Positions 40,516-49,301 of a stretch of 64,000 bases of DNA are shown one piece after another; within the stretch, counting starts at the first letter, position 1; each line of letters opens with the position of its first letter. The notes below the pieces were generated by a model, which was given only the letters and a program-made list of their open reading frames with translations, did not search any database and was not told where the DNA came from. The stretch spans positions 131,558 to 195,557 of the forward strand of contig JADJBC010000041.1 of NCBI GenBank assembly GCA_016703945.1, written 5' to 3'. Position numbers and translations under genes: made by a program. Origin of the DNA: Candidatus Aalborgicola danicus. Its GTDB lineage: Bacteria; Pseudomonadota; Gammaproteobacteria; Burkholderiales; Burkholderiaceae_C.

Positions 40516-42501
40516 CTAGGCTTTGAGCAATTTTTGCTCTGCCACAGCCAGCATCTCGGCTTTTCCCGACAACACAAGGGTGTCGCCGGGACTGAGTACC
40601 GTGGCGCCCGTGACGGCTGCAGACTTGCCGTCGGCGTGGCGCAAGCTGACAATGTGCACGTCGAGGGTGTGAAAGGCAAAAGAGTCAATGGTACGGCCCG
40701 CCACCTTGGCTCCCAAGGGCAAGGTCAACGTGGTGAGGCGTTCGTACTGCAGCTCATCCACGGAGTCATCATCCGATCCTCGGAAAAACCCCCGCAGAAG
40801 GTTGTAGCGGGCGTCTCGTTGGTCTTGAACGATGCGAATGACGCGGCGCATGGGAACACCGACGAGTGCCAGGGCGTGGCTGGCCAACATGAGTGATCCC
40901 TCGATGGTCTCTGGCACCACTTCGGTAGCACCGGCAGCACGCAAGACATCGAGGCTGAGGTCATCCTGGGTGCGGACAATGACCGGGACTTGTGGGGCGT
41001 GGGCGCGCGTGTGGCTCAATACGCGCAGAGCGCCAGCGACGTCGAGGTATGTAATGACCACAGCACTGGCGCGTGCCAGGCCCGATGCAATGAGGGCCTG
41101 AAGGCGCGCGGCATCTCCGAACACCACAGAATCGCCGGCCGCGGCTGCCTGGCGGACGCGGTCTGGGTCCAGGTCCAGTGCCATATAAGGTATGCCTTGG
41201 CTTTCCAGCATCTTTGCCAGATTTTGACCACAACGGCCATAACCACAGATGATGACGTGGCGGTTGGCGTTAATGGACTTGCGCGCAATGGTGGTCATCT
41301 GCAGTGACTGCAACAGCCACTCACTGGCGACCAGTTTCATGACGATGCGGTTGCTGTACATCACGATAAACGGTGTGGCGAGCATCGACAACACCATGCT
41401 GGCCAGAATCGGGTTCAACAGGGCCGGTGGTACCAGGGAGCTCTTTTGCGCCAGAGTCAACAGGACAAAGCCGAACTCGCCGGCTTGGGCCAGATACAAC
41501 CCCGTGCGCAGCGATACGCCTGAACTGGCACCCAGTCCCTTGGAAAGGCCTGTGACAAGTGCTGCCTTGAATAACGTGGGCACAATCAGCAGCAGCAGCA
41601 CCAGTGGCCAGCGTTCCAGAACCAGGCGCCAATCGAGCAGCATGCCGATGCTGATGAAGAACAGCCCCAGCAACACATCATGAAAGGGACGGATGTCGGT
41701 TTCCACCTGGTGTTTGAATTCGGTTTCTGAAATCAGCATTCCGGCGATAAATGCCCCCAGGGCGAGACTGAGCCCCGCCAACTCAGTCAGCCAGGCGAGA
41801 CCCAGTGTGATGAAGAGCAGGTTGAGAACGAACAGTTCTTCACTCTTGCGACGGGCGACAACTGTGAGCCAGCGGCGCATGACGTGTTGTCCGCCAACCA
41901 ACAAAACGGAAATGAGCGCGATGGCTTTGACGGCGGCGAGGACCAACGCACCTGCTAGCTGTTCCGCAGACGCTCCGAGGGCCGGAATCAGGATGAGCAA
42001 TGGCACCACAGCGAGGTCTTGAAACAGCAGGATACCCATCACCCGTTTGCCGTGCTCGGATTCGCGCTCCAACCGCTCCACCAACAGTTTGCCAACGATG
42101 GCTGTGCTGCTCATCGCAAGCGCGCAGGACAAGGCCAGCGCGGCTTGCCAGGTCATCGACCAGATGTTGGGCAAAAGTAGGGACAGCGCGATGGTCGCCA
42201 TGGTTGCAATCAAAATGGTCATTGCAACTTGCAACAGGCCCAGACCGAATACATGCTGTCGCATGGCGCGCAGTTTTTGAAGGTTGAATTCCAGTCCGAT
42301 GACGAACATCAAAAACACCACACCAAACTCCCCCAGATGACGCACACCATCGGCGTTTTGCGAGAGCGCCATCGCATTGGGGCCGATGACCACACCAACG
42401 GCGAGGTAACCCAGCATGGGAGGAAGTTGGAAATAGCGACACGCCACCACGCCGATCACTGCGGCAAGGAGGTAGAGGAGGGTGATTTCCAGTCCTGTCA
42501 T
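40516..42501 (-). CDS. CPA2-family monovalent cation:proton antiporter with TrkA-N/TrkA-C (RCK) domains
   Basis: 661 aa. Kef-type membrane domain, then [11 protein letters not shown] (Rossmann GxGxxG) and a C-terminal RCK_C region. Confidence 0.9.
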   Translation of the reverse strand: MTGLEITLLYLLAAVIGVVACRYFQLPPMLGYLAVGVVIGPNAMALSQNADGVRHLGEFGVVFLMFVIGLEFNLQKLRAMRQHVFGLGLLQVAMTILIATMATIALSLLLPNIWSMTWQAALALSCALAMSSTAIVGKLLVERLERESEHGKRVMGILLFQDLAVVPLLILIPALGASAEQLAGALVLAAVKAIALISVLLVGGQHVMRRWLTVVARRKSEELFVLNLLFITLGLAWLTELAGLSLALGAFIAGMLISETEFKHQVETDIRPFHDVLLGLFFISIGMLLDWRLVLERWPLVLLLLIVPTLFKAALVTGLSKGLGASSGVSLRTGLYLAQAGEFGFVLLTLAQKSSLVPPALLNPILASMVLSMLATPFIVMYSNRIVMKLVASEWLLQSLQMTTIARKSINANRHVIICGYGRCGQNLAKMLESQGIPYMALDLDPDRVRQAAAAGDSVVFGDAARLQALIASGLARASAVVITYLDVAGALRVLSHTRAHAPQVPVIVRTQDDLSLDVLRAAGATEVVPETIEGSLMLASHALALVGVPMRRVIRIVQDQRDARYNLLRGFFRGSDDDSVDELQYERLTTLTLPLGAKVAGRTIDSFAFHTLDVHIVSLRHADGKSAAVTGATVLSPGDTLVLSGKAEMLAVAEQKLLKA

Positions 42502-42545
42502 GGCACCATACTAGCAAGAGTCTGTGGGGTCTATAAAATGTCTGC

Positions 42546-43547
42546 ATGTCCACACTCCTAGTCCAGCAATCGGTATCCAAAGCTGAAAGAGCGATTGTGT
42601 TGGCCCGTGAAACTTTTGACATCGAGGCAGCAGCAGTCCTCGGCCTCAAGCAACGGGTCGGTCCGTCTTTTGCACGGACGGTTGAACTGGTCCTTGCCAC
42701 GCGCGGACGGGTGGTAGTGATGGGCATGGGTAAGAGTGGTCACATTGGGCGCAAGATTGCTGCAACGCTGGCGTCGACCGGCACGCCTGCGATGTTTGTA
42801 CATCCCGCCGAAGCGAGCCATGGTGACCTTGGCATGATTACCGCAATAGACTTGGTCTTGGTGATTTCCTATCGTGGTGAGTCTGACGAGATTGCTGTCA
42901 TTTTGCCCGCCCTTAAACGATTGGGCGCTCCCATCGTGGCCATGACAGGCAGCCCGGATTCGACGCTGGCCTTGCACGCGGATGTCTGGCTCGATACGGG
43001 GGTTGACAAAGAGGCGTGCCCGTTGAACCTCGCGCCGACGGCAAGTACCACAGCGCAGTTGGCGTTGGGGGATGCGCTGGCCGTGGCGTTGCTGGACGCC
43101 CGCGGTTTTAAAGCCGAGGACTTTGCCCGCTCCCATCCAGGGGGTGCCTTGGGGCGCAAGCTGTTAACCCATGTCAGCGATGTGATGCGTACCGGCTCGG
43201 ATATTCCGCGGGTGTTGCCCGACGTGATTTTCAGCGACATGATGCGTGAGATGAGTGCCAAGGGCCTGGGTGTTGCTGCGGTCGTGGATGCCAATAATTT
43301 TGTGCTCGGGATTTTTACTGACGGTGACCTACGGCGTCTGGTGGAGCAGGGTGTCGATTTGCGGGCCACGACGGCCCAAGACGTGATGCACCGCTCGCCA
43401 CATTCCATTGGCGCTCAGGCGCTTGCGGTCGATGCTGCGGAGATCATGGAAGCCAAGCGGATTACGTTCCTGCTCGTTGTTGATGAAGCAGGGCATTTAT
43501 GCGGGGCACTCAACAGCAACGACCTGATGCGTGCCAAGGTCATTTGA
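42546..43547 (+). CDS. kdsD: Arabinose-5-phosphate isomerase (KpsF/GutQ family; SIS + 2 CBS domains)
   Basis: GRVVVMGMGKSGHIGRKIAATLASTGTPA...SYRGES (SIS domain), CBS pair, followed by kdsC-lptC. Confidence 0.9.
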   Translation: MSTLLVQQSVSKAERAIVLARETFDIEAAAVLGLKQRVGPSFARTVELVLATRGRVVVMGMGKSGHIGRKIAATLASTGTPAMFVHPAEASHGDLGMITAIDLVLVISYRGESDEIAVILPALKRLGAPIVAMTGSPDSTLALHADVWLDTGVDKEACPLNLAPTASTTAQLALGDALAVALLDARGFKAEDFARSHPGGALGRKLLTHVSDVMRTGSDIPRVLPDVIFSDMMREMSAKGLGVAAVVDANNFVLGIFTDGDLRRLVEQGVDLRATTAQDVMHRSPHSIGAQALAVDAAEIMEAKRITFLLVVDEAGHLCGALNSNDLMRAKVI

Positions 43548-44092
43548 TGGCGCCCGTACTGAACTTTGATCCTGCGTTGTTGTTGCTGGCCCAAGGGGTC
43601 AAGGTTGCATTTTTCGACGTCGATGGGGTCTTGACGGACGGTGGCTTGCTGTTTTCCGAGTCAGGTGAAACACTTAAACGTTTCAACACGCTGGATGGAC
43701 ATGGCCTGAAGTTGTTGCAATTGGTCGGCATTACACCGGTTGTTATCACGGGGCGGGATTCCAAGGCTTTGCGTGCGCGGCTGCTGGGGTTGGGGATTGA
43801 ACGTGCATTTTTTGGCACGGAGGACAAGCGCCCTGCTGCTGAAGAGACGTTGGCCGCTTTGGGTCTCGATTGGAGTGAGGCTGCAGCCATGGGGGATGAC
43901 TGGCCAGACTTACCCGTGATGCAGCGTTGTGCTGTGTCGTGCGCGCCAATCAATGCCCATGCTGAGGTTTTGGCGACCGCCAGTTACGTGACCAAAACAA
44001 GCGGCGGACATGGAGCGGCACGCGAGTTCTGCGATTTGCTGTTGGTTGCCAGTGGGCGTTATGTCGACCTTTTGGAAAAGTACACGCAATGA
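43547..44092 (+). CDS. kdsC: KDO 8-phosphate phosphatase
   Basis: FFDVDGVLTDGGL...FNTLDGHGLKLL...GDDWPDLPVM (HAD motifs). The start overlaps the kdsD stop (TGATG). Confidence 0.88.
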   Translation: MAPVLNFDPALLLLAQGVKVAFFDVDGVLTDGGLLFSESGETLKRFNTLDGHGLKLLQLVGITPVVITGRDSKALRARLLGLGIERAFFGTEDKRPAAEETLAALGLDWSEAAAMGDDWPDLPVMQRCAVSCAPINAHAEVLATASYVTKTSGGHGAAREFCDLLLVASGRYVDLLEKYTQ

Positions 44093-44703
44093 AGAGTTTG
44101 TTGCGGGATGCATGGGATCGATTCCTGCTTTTGTTTCCGCTGGTGTCCATGGGTTTGCTGGCGTTGGGGACTTACTGGTTGGTGCGCAGCACGCCACCTT
44201 CGACCGGGGCGGTCGCAGCGCGCGCAGTGGTTCATGAGCCTGACTACTTCATGAACGAGTTTTCCGTGAAGACCTTTGATGCATCGGGGCGGGTCAAGAC
44301 AGAAGTGAGCGGGTTCATGGCCCGTCACTATCCTGATACACAATGGCTGGAAATTGAAGGGGTGCGTGTGCGCTCTTTTGATGAGCATGGGCGTGTCACG
44401 ACGGCCACGGCGCAACGGGGCCTAACCAATGAAGATGCTTCTGAGGTTCAGTTGATGGGTAATGCGGTTGTTGTGCGCCAGGCTGATCTAGGCAGCATGC
44501 GTCCGGCATTGCCGCGCGTGGAATACCGAAGTGATTTTTTGCATGCCTTTCTGAACACCGAGAGAGTGCAATCGCACAAACCGGTTGAATTGATTCGCGG
44601 CAATGACCGTTTCACCGCCGATCGACTGGAGTTTGACAATGTCGAGCAGATTTTGCAGTTGAGTGGCAGGGTGCGTGGCACGCTCTCGCCGGTTGTGAAG
44701 TGA
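44089..44703 (+). CDS. lptC: LPS export system protein LptC
   Basis: N-terminal TM anchor, then a beta-jellyroll-like sequence (PDYFMNEFSVKTFDASG...). Conserved position after kdsC. Confidence 0.8.
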   Translation: MKSLLRDAWDRFLLLFPLVSMGLLALGTYWLVRSTPPSTGAVAARAVVHEPDYFMNEFSVKTFDASGRVKTEVSGFMARHYPDTQWLEIEGVRVRSFDEHGRVTTATAQRGLTNEDASEVQLMGNAVVVRQADLGSMRPALPRVEYRSDFLHAFLNTERVQSHKPVELIRGNDRFTADRLEFDNVEQILQLSGRVRGTLSPVVK

Positions 44704-44722
44704 CGTCTGTGAAAGTCCTTGC

Positions 44723-45499
44723 ATGTCCAAGTTGATCTTTGTGACTGGCGCGTCCAGTGGTATCGGACAGGCGCTCGCTTGGCGCTATTACCAAGACGGT
44801 TATGACTTGGCGCTGGTTGCGCGGCGTACGCAGGACATGCAGGCCTGGGCCACAAAGCAGGGTCTGGCCGAGTCCCGTTACCAGATTTATGGCGCAGATG
44901 TGGCTGTGATTGACAGCATCGTGGCCGCTGCACGCTTGTGCCTTGAGCGTCAGGGAGTACCCGATGTGGTGATTGCCAATGCAGGTGTCAGTATTGGTGT
45001 GGATACTGCTGTGCGGGGCGACTTGGACGTCCTGGTCCAAACCTTCGCGATTAACAATGTCGGACTGGCCGCCACGTTCCATGCCTTTGTGGAGCCCATG
45101 GTGCAACGTGGTTCCGGTGCGCTGGTGGGCATTGGCAGTGTGGCGGGAATACGTGGATTGCCCGGACACGGTGCTTATTGCGCCAGCAAAGCTGCTGTAA
45201 TCGGCTACTGCGAAAGCCTGCGCGGTGAACTGCGCCATGCCGGTGTCAAGGTCGTCACGATTTGCCCTGGCTATATTGACACGCCACTTACGCAAAAGAA
45301 CCGGTACGCCATGCCCTTTTTGATGCAGCCCGAGGTGTTCGCCGAAAAGGCCTTCAGGGCGATTGGGGCTGGTGCCAGTTACCGCGTGATTCCGTGGCAA
45401 ATGGGATGGGTAGCCAAGGGCTTGCGCTTGTTACCAAACTGGTTGTTTGACAAAGTCCTGTCTGGCCGCCCACGCAAGCGGCGCGCCAATGAAGTGTGA
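44723..45499 (+). CDS. SDR-family oxidoreductase
   Basis: TGASSGIGQALA, NAG, and YCASKAA catalytic motif. Confidence 0.85.
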   Translation: MSKLIFVTGASSGIGQALAWRYYQDGYDLALVARRTQDMQAWATKQGLAESRYQIYGADVAVIDSIVAAARLCLERQGVPDVVIANAGVSIGVDTAVRGDLDVLVQTFAINNVGLAATFHAFVEPMVQRGSGALVGIGSVAGIRGLPGHGAYCASKAAVIGYCESLRGELRHAGVKVVTICPGYIDTPLTQKNRYAMPFLMQPEVFAEKAFRAIGAGASYRVIPWQMGWVAKGLRLLPNWLFDKVLSGRPRKRRANEV

Positions 45500-45546
45500 T
45501 AGGCCACCAGTGAAAGCCCTCACCGCTTTGGGTTGAGTGGGACAAC

Positions 45547-45571
45547 AAAAAAGGACCCGAAGGTCCTTTTT
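45547..45571. terminator. Bidirectional intrinsic terminator
   Basis: AAAAAAGGACC-cgaa-GGTCCTTTTT between the convergent SDR and RRM genes. Confidence 0.7.
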
Positions 45572-45597
45572 GATTGGGGTTAATCCCCAGTCGGTGC

Positions 45598-46017
45598 TTA
45601 GTAGCTGTTGCGGCCACCGCCGTAACCACCACCACCGCCGCCGCCACCACTGCGGCCGCCGCCGGCGCCACCACCGTAGCCGCCACCACCGCCGTAACCA
45701 CCACCGCCGCTACGGCCGCCGCCAGCACCGCCGCCAAAGCCGCCGCCGCCAGTGCGGGGAGGACGAGCTTCCATCGGACGTGCTTCGTTCACCACGAGAC
45801 CGCGGCCACCGAATTGTTGACCATTCATGCCACCGATAGCGGCTTGTGCTTCTGCATCGCTGCCCATTTCCACAAAGCCGAAGCCTTTGGAACGGCCCGT
45901 GTCACGTTCCATCATGACTTTGGCGCTGGAAACGGAACCGTAGGCTGCAAACGCTTGTTGCAAGTCTTCATCACGGAAAGAATAGGGCAGGTTGCCCACG
46001 TAAAGTTTGTTGCCCAT
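45598..46017 (-). CDS. RRM-domain RNA-binding protein with Gly-rich tail
   Basis: MGNKLYVGNLPYSFRDEDLQQAF (RNP2), KGFGFVEM (RNP1), then a GGGGYGGG tail. Confidence 0.85.
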   Translation of the reverse strand: MGNKLYVGNLPYSFRDEDLQQAFAAYGSVSSAKVMMERDTGRSKGFGFVEMGSDAEAQAAIGGMNGQQFGGRGLVVNEARPMEARPPRTGGGGFGGGAGGGRSGGGGYGGGGGYGGGAGGGRSGGGGGGGGYGGGRNSY

Positions 46018-46188
46018 GTAAGGACTCCTCAAAATAACTCTCAAAACGCGATGGTGTCCAAACCCGCAATCAACAAACCAATGAAGACTTAAAGCAGACG
46101 CGAAACTGGTAAATCACCGCAAACCAGTAATACCGAAATTTCGGCAATACTGCGCCATTATGCTGGGTTTTCAGACGTTCGCCAAATT

Positions 46189-46416
46189 TTATTTTGGCAA
46201 AACCCCGTCCTGCTGCGAATCGTCAGCGGCGCGGTAATTGCGCCACTGCTGCATGCTGTTGCGCATGCTCAGTATTTGGCGCTCGAAGCGGGGGCAGGTG
46301 TCGCAGATGAGCATGTGCATGCGCAATGCCAGACGGTCCGGCAGGCCGAGGGCGCGGTCTTCCCGAGCGACCAGCAGGGCGGCGACTTCGCGGCAGGTTC
46401 GGTTGAAAGGAATCAC
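46189..46416 (-). CDS. zf-HC2 anti-sigma factor (short)
   Basis: HMLICDTC is the H-x3-C-x2-C motif. The GTG at 46416 overlaps the sigma-factor stop (GTGA). Confidence 0.65.
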   Translation of the reverse strand: MIPFNRTCREVAALLVAREDRALGLPDRLALRMHMLICDTCPRFERQILSMRNSMQQWRNYRAADDSQQDGVLPK

Positions 46417-46985
46417 GTGGCTTCGGGTTTCATATACCAATGGAGCTCCAGGCACTCCCGCAAACGCAGGCGGGCCCGGTGGAGCTGAACGTACAGGTTG
46501 GTCGGAGTCAGCAGCAACTCCTTACAGATTTCTTCACTGGAAAGCTCCAGCCATTCCCGCATCAGAAACAAGCGACCCTGGGTGGCGGGTAGTTTGTTGA
46601 CGCAGGCTTCGAGGATGGCAAAAAACTGTTGGCTGCTGGCCTGTTGTTCCGGGTTTCCCCAGTCTGCCGGCGCTTCAACGAAATGGCCGTCGGTGTGAAA
46701 GGCGATGGATTCGAGCGGGTCCGCTTGCGCGTCCTCCGATGTTTCGAGGCCGCTGACTTCGCGGTGGTGATGGCGCAGGGCGTCAACGACTTTGTGTTTC
46801 AGAATACCAACCAGCCAGGTCTTGAGCTGCGAGCGGTTACCAAACGATTGCGGTTTGGCCAGTGCCGCCACCACGGTTTCTGATACGGCGTCTTCCGCCC
46901 AGGCGTCGTTGCGCAATTGGAGGCGTGCGAATTTGAGCAGGTAGTCCTGCAGCGCAACGATTTGTTGTTCGAAACTGCTCATCGG
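46413..46985 (-). CDS. ECF (sigma-70 group IV) RNA polymerase sigma factor
   Basis: Region 2 (FARLQLRNDAWAEDAVSETVVAAL) and region 4 (LPATQGRLFLMREWLELSSEEICKELLLTPTNLYVQLHRARLRLR). Confidence 0.85.
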   Translation of the reverse strand, partial: PMSSFEQQIVALQDYLLKFARLQLRNDAWAEDAVSETVVAALAKPQSFGNRSQLKTWLVGILKHKVVDALRHHHREVSGLETSEDAQADPLESIAFHTDGHFVEAPADWGNPEQQASSQQFFAILEACVNKLPATQGRLFLMREWLELSSEEICKELLLTPTNLYVQLHRARLRLRECLELHWYMKPEAT

Positions 46986-47101
46986 GTCCCATTCAATGGC
47001 GCACACGGGTCGCTCGTGAAAAGTGCGATGGTAAACCCGGAGACGAGATAATTTGAATGGTCTGTAAGAAAGCGACCCTGCACCAGACTAAACCGTAACC
47101 A

Positions 47102-47128
47102 GCAACAAGGTGCAATCTGTGTGCGTCT
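47102..47128 (+). promoter_or_regulatory. Weak candidate ECF-type promoter for the DUF2282 operon
   Basis: GCAAC, 17 nt, then CGTCT, about 42 nt upstream of the ATG. It is pattern-only and low information. Confidence 0.25.
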
Positions 47129-47169
47129 CCGCTGGTTTTACTTTAACTGTCCCTTTTAGGAGTTTTCCA

Positions 47170-47442
47170 ATGAACCAACGTGCCATGATCGCTGCCACGG
47201 CAGCCGCTGTGATGTCCCTGTCGATGGTGTCGGTGCCAGCAGCCGCCCAGGAAAAAGAGAAATGTTTTGGTATTGCCAAGGCGGGTCAAAACGATTGCGC
47301 CAGCGTGAATGGTGCCCACTCCTGCGCCGGCCAGTCCAAGGTCGACATGGACAAAATGGAATGGAAATATGTGGCCAAGGGCAGTTGCAAGAGCATGAAG
47401 GGTCTGAGCCTGGATGAAGCCAAGGCCGCAAAAAAGGCGTAA
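47170..47442 (+). CDS. DUF2282 Cys-rich secreted peptide (BufA/GigP-like RiPP precursor)
   Basis: Sec signal peptide MNQRAMIAATAAAVMSLSMVSVPAAA, then QEKEKCFGIAKAGQNDCASVNGAHSCAGQSKVDMDKMEWKYVAKGSCKSM with four conserved Cys. AGGAG RBS. Confidence 0.85.
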   Translation: MNQRAMIAATAAAVMSLSMVSVPAAAQEKEKCFGIAKAGQNDCASVNGAHSCAGQSKVDMDKMEWKYVAKGSCKSMKGLSLDEAKAAKKA

Positions 47443-47472
47443 CGCCCTGGATTGCGTGTATCGCGCCTTTTT
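47431..47472 (+). terminator. Possible attenuator hairpin between precursor and MNIO genes
   Basis: AAAAAGGCG (spanning the last codons and stop) pairs with CGCCTTTTT 24 nt downstream. A T5 run follows. Not energy-evaluated. Confidence 0.3.
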
Positions 47473-47487
47473 CTTGAGTTTGAGGCC

Positions 47488-48456
47488 ATGACACGCCTGA
47501 CCGTGGAAGATGCCGATACGGCAGCCGCCAGCAACGAGAACGAGGCAAATGTGGCGAACGTGGGGAATGTGGGTATCGGCTGGCGGCATCCCCATTACGC
47601 CGAGTTGCTGGAGCGCCTACCAGCCTTGGATTTTCTCGAAGTGCACTCCGAGAATTTCTTTGCGCCGGGCGGAGCGTCCCAGGCCGTGCTGGAGCAAGGG
47701 CGTGCCCACTATCCCGTCAGCCTGCATGGCGTCGGTCTGTCACTGGGCTCGGCCGCGGGCCTGGATGATTGGCATCTGGACCAGTTGCAGCGTCTGGTGC
47801 AACACATTGACCCGGTGCGGGTGAGTGACCATGCCTCCTTTGCGCGCGGCGTTTTCAAAGGCGCCGTCGTGCATGCGGCTGATCTGCTGCCGATCCCGTT
47901 CAGTTCCGAGGCGCTCGACGTGTTGTGCGCCAATGTCAGCCGGGTGCAGGACCGTCTGCAGCGACGGTTCATGGTGGAAAACCTGTCTGCCTATCTGCGC
48001 TGGAAGTTGCCAGACACGGAACGCGTCTGGGCGGAAACCGAATTCCTGACCACCCTGGCCCGCCGTACCGGCTGTCAGCTGTTGGTGGATGTGAACAATA
48101 TTTATGTCAACGCCTTGAACGCGCAGTTGCGCGAAGGCAGTGTGTGTGATCCGGTGCAAGCCTGCCGCGAATGGCTGGATGCCATTCCTGCTGACATCGT
48201 GGGCGAAATGCATCTGGCAGGGCATTGCCGTGTCAGCGACGAACACGGTGACATCGCTATCGACGACCATGGCAGCCAGGTCTGTGACCCGGTCTGGGAC
48301 TTGTACCGACAGGCGGTGTCGCGTTTTGGCGCCGTGCCGACGTTGCTGGAATGGGACACCGATGTGCCAACGCTGGACGTCTTGCTAGACGAAGTGCGGC
48401 GTGCCCGCGGAGTCTGCGCCGAAGTGGCGGCCCTGTCGGTTGGGGTGCCAGCATGA
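47488..48456 (+). CDS. DUF692 / MNIO-family (multinuclear non-heme iron oxidative) enzyme, BufB/GigA-like
   Basis: [10 protein letters not shown]...[11 protein letters not shown]...[12 protein letters not shown]...RVSDHASF...ENLSAY...[12 protein letters not shown]...EMHLAGH...IDDHGS...TLLEWD are UPF0276/DUF692 hallmark blocks. Confidence 0.88.
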   Translation: MTRLTVEDADTAAASNENEANVANVGNVGIGWRHPHYAELLERLPALDFLEVHSENFFAPGGASQAVLEQGRAHYPVSLHGVGLSLGSAAGLDDWHLDQLQRLVQHIDPVRVSDHASFARGVFKGAVVHAADLLPIPFSSEALDVLCANVSRVQDRLQRRFMVENLSAYLRWKLPDTERVWAETEFLTTLARRTGCQLLVDVNNIYVNALNAQLREGSVCDPVQACREWLDAIPADIVGEMHLAGHCRVSDEHGDIAIDDHGSQVCDPVWDLYRQAVSRFGAVPTLLEWDTDVPTLDVLLDEVRRARGVCAEVAALSVGVPA

Positions 48457-49250
48457 GCAACCTGGCCCGGCAGCAGCAGGCCCTGCTGGATGCCCTGTTG
48501 GCATGGCCCCCAAAAAATGCTATAAAAAACATAGCTGCTTACGCAATTGATTCGAGGGCTAGAGGCCTAAAAGCCTATCAAACCCATGGACATATGCTGG
48601 CCCAACGCGCGTTGCAAGCAGCCTACCCGGTGGTGGCGCAGATGCTGGGGGAGGAGAGTTTTGCCGACCTGGCCCGTGCCCTGTGGCACGCCCAACCGCC
48701 GGTGCGTGGTGACATCGCGTGCTGGGGCAGTGGTTTGCCGGCCTTTTTGCAAACCAGTGAACAGTTGCAGGACGAGCCATATTTGCCGGATGTGGCGCGG
48801 GTGGAATGGGGGTTGCACCAGTGCGCTGGGGCGTCTGACCGTGCTGCGGACTTGTCGACATTGGCCTTGCTGACCACGGACGACCCCGCCAGCCTCACTC
48901 TGGTGCTGGCGCCGGGCTGTGCAGTGGTGCGCAGTGCCTGGCCTATTGCCAGCATTCTTGGTGCCCACCTGGACGGCCAGCCCTCGTTGCAAGAGGCCGG
49001 GGCTCAACTGAGGGCCGGCGTGGCGCAGGATGTGGTGGTCTGGCGCGCCGGGTTGAAACCCCGCTTTCGGCTGGCGGTAGATGGCGAGGTCGGGGCGGTG
49101 ATGGCGTTGTTGCGTGGAGAGTCCCTGGACCAGGCGTTATCACTGGCGCCTCAACTCGATTTCGCTCTCTGGTTGCCCATGGCCGTGCAAAGCGGTTTGC
49201 TTGTGTCGGTCCAGGTTTTACCAGGTGGACTGGGGAGCACCGCCGCTTGA
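48453..49250 (+). CDS. DUF2063 protein (BufC/GigB-like MNIO partner)
   Basis: [15 protein letters not shown]..., ...[24 protein letters not shown]...[18 protein letters not shown] overlap with the DUF692 gene. Confidence 0.8.
   Translation: MSNLARQQQALLDALLAWPPKNAIKNIAAYAIDSRARGLKAYQTHGHMLAQRALQAAYPVVAQMLGEESFADLARALWHAQPPVRGDIACWGSGLPAFLQTSEQLQDEPYLPDVARVEWGLHQCAGASDRAADLSTLALLTTDDPASLTLVLAPGCAVVRSAWPIASILGAHLDGQPSLQEAGAQLRAGVAQDVVVWRAGLKPRFRLAVDGEVGAVMALLRGESLDQALSLAPQLDFALWLPMAVQSGLLVSVQVLPGGLGSTAA
48518..48567 (+). repeat. Family A repeat, copy 7, in frame inside the DUF2063 gene
   Basis: tgctataaaaaacatagctgcttacgcaattgattcgagggctagaggcc is translated as [16 protein letters not shown], in the same repeat frame as the mnmE copy. 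Confidence 0.8.
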
Positions 49251-49301
49251 TATGGGTGCACCATTGCGCATCCCAACGGCCGCACAGCCCAACGCCTTGC
49301 C

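Noticed and set aside
45600-45780. GGC/GCC-rich tandem repetition.
   Set aside because: It is the coding sequence of the Gly-rich (GGGGYGGG) tail of the RRM RNA-binding protein on the minus strand, not a non-coding satellite.
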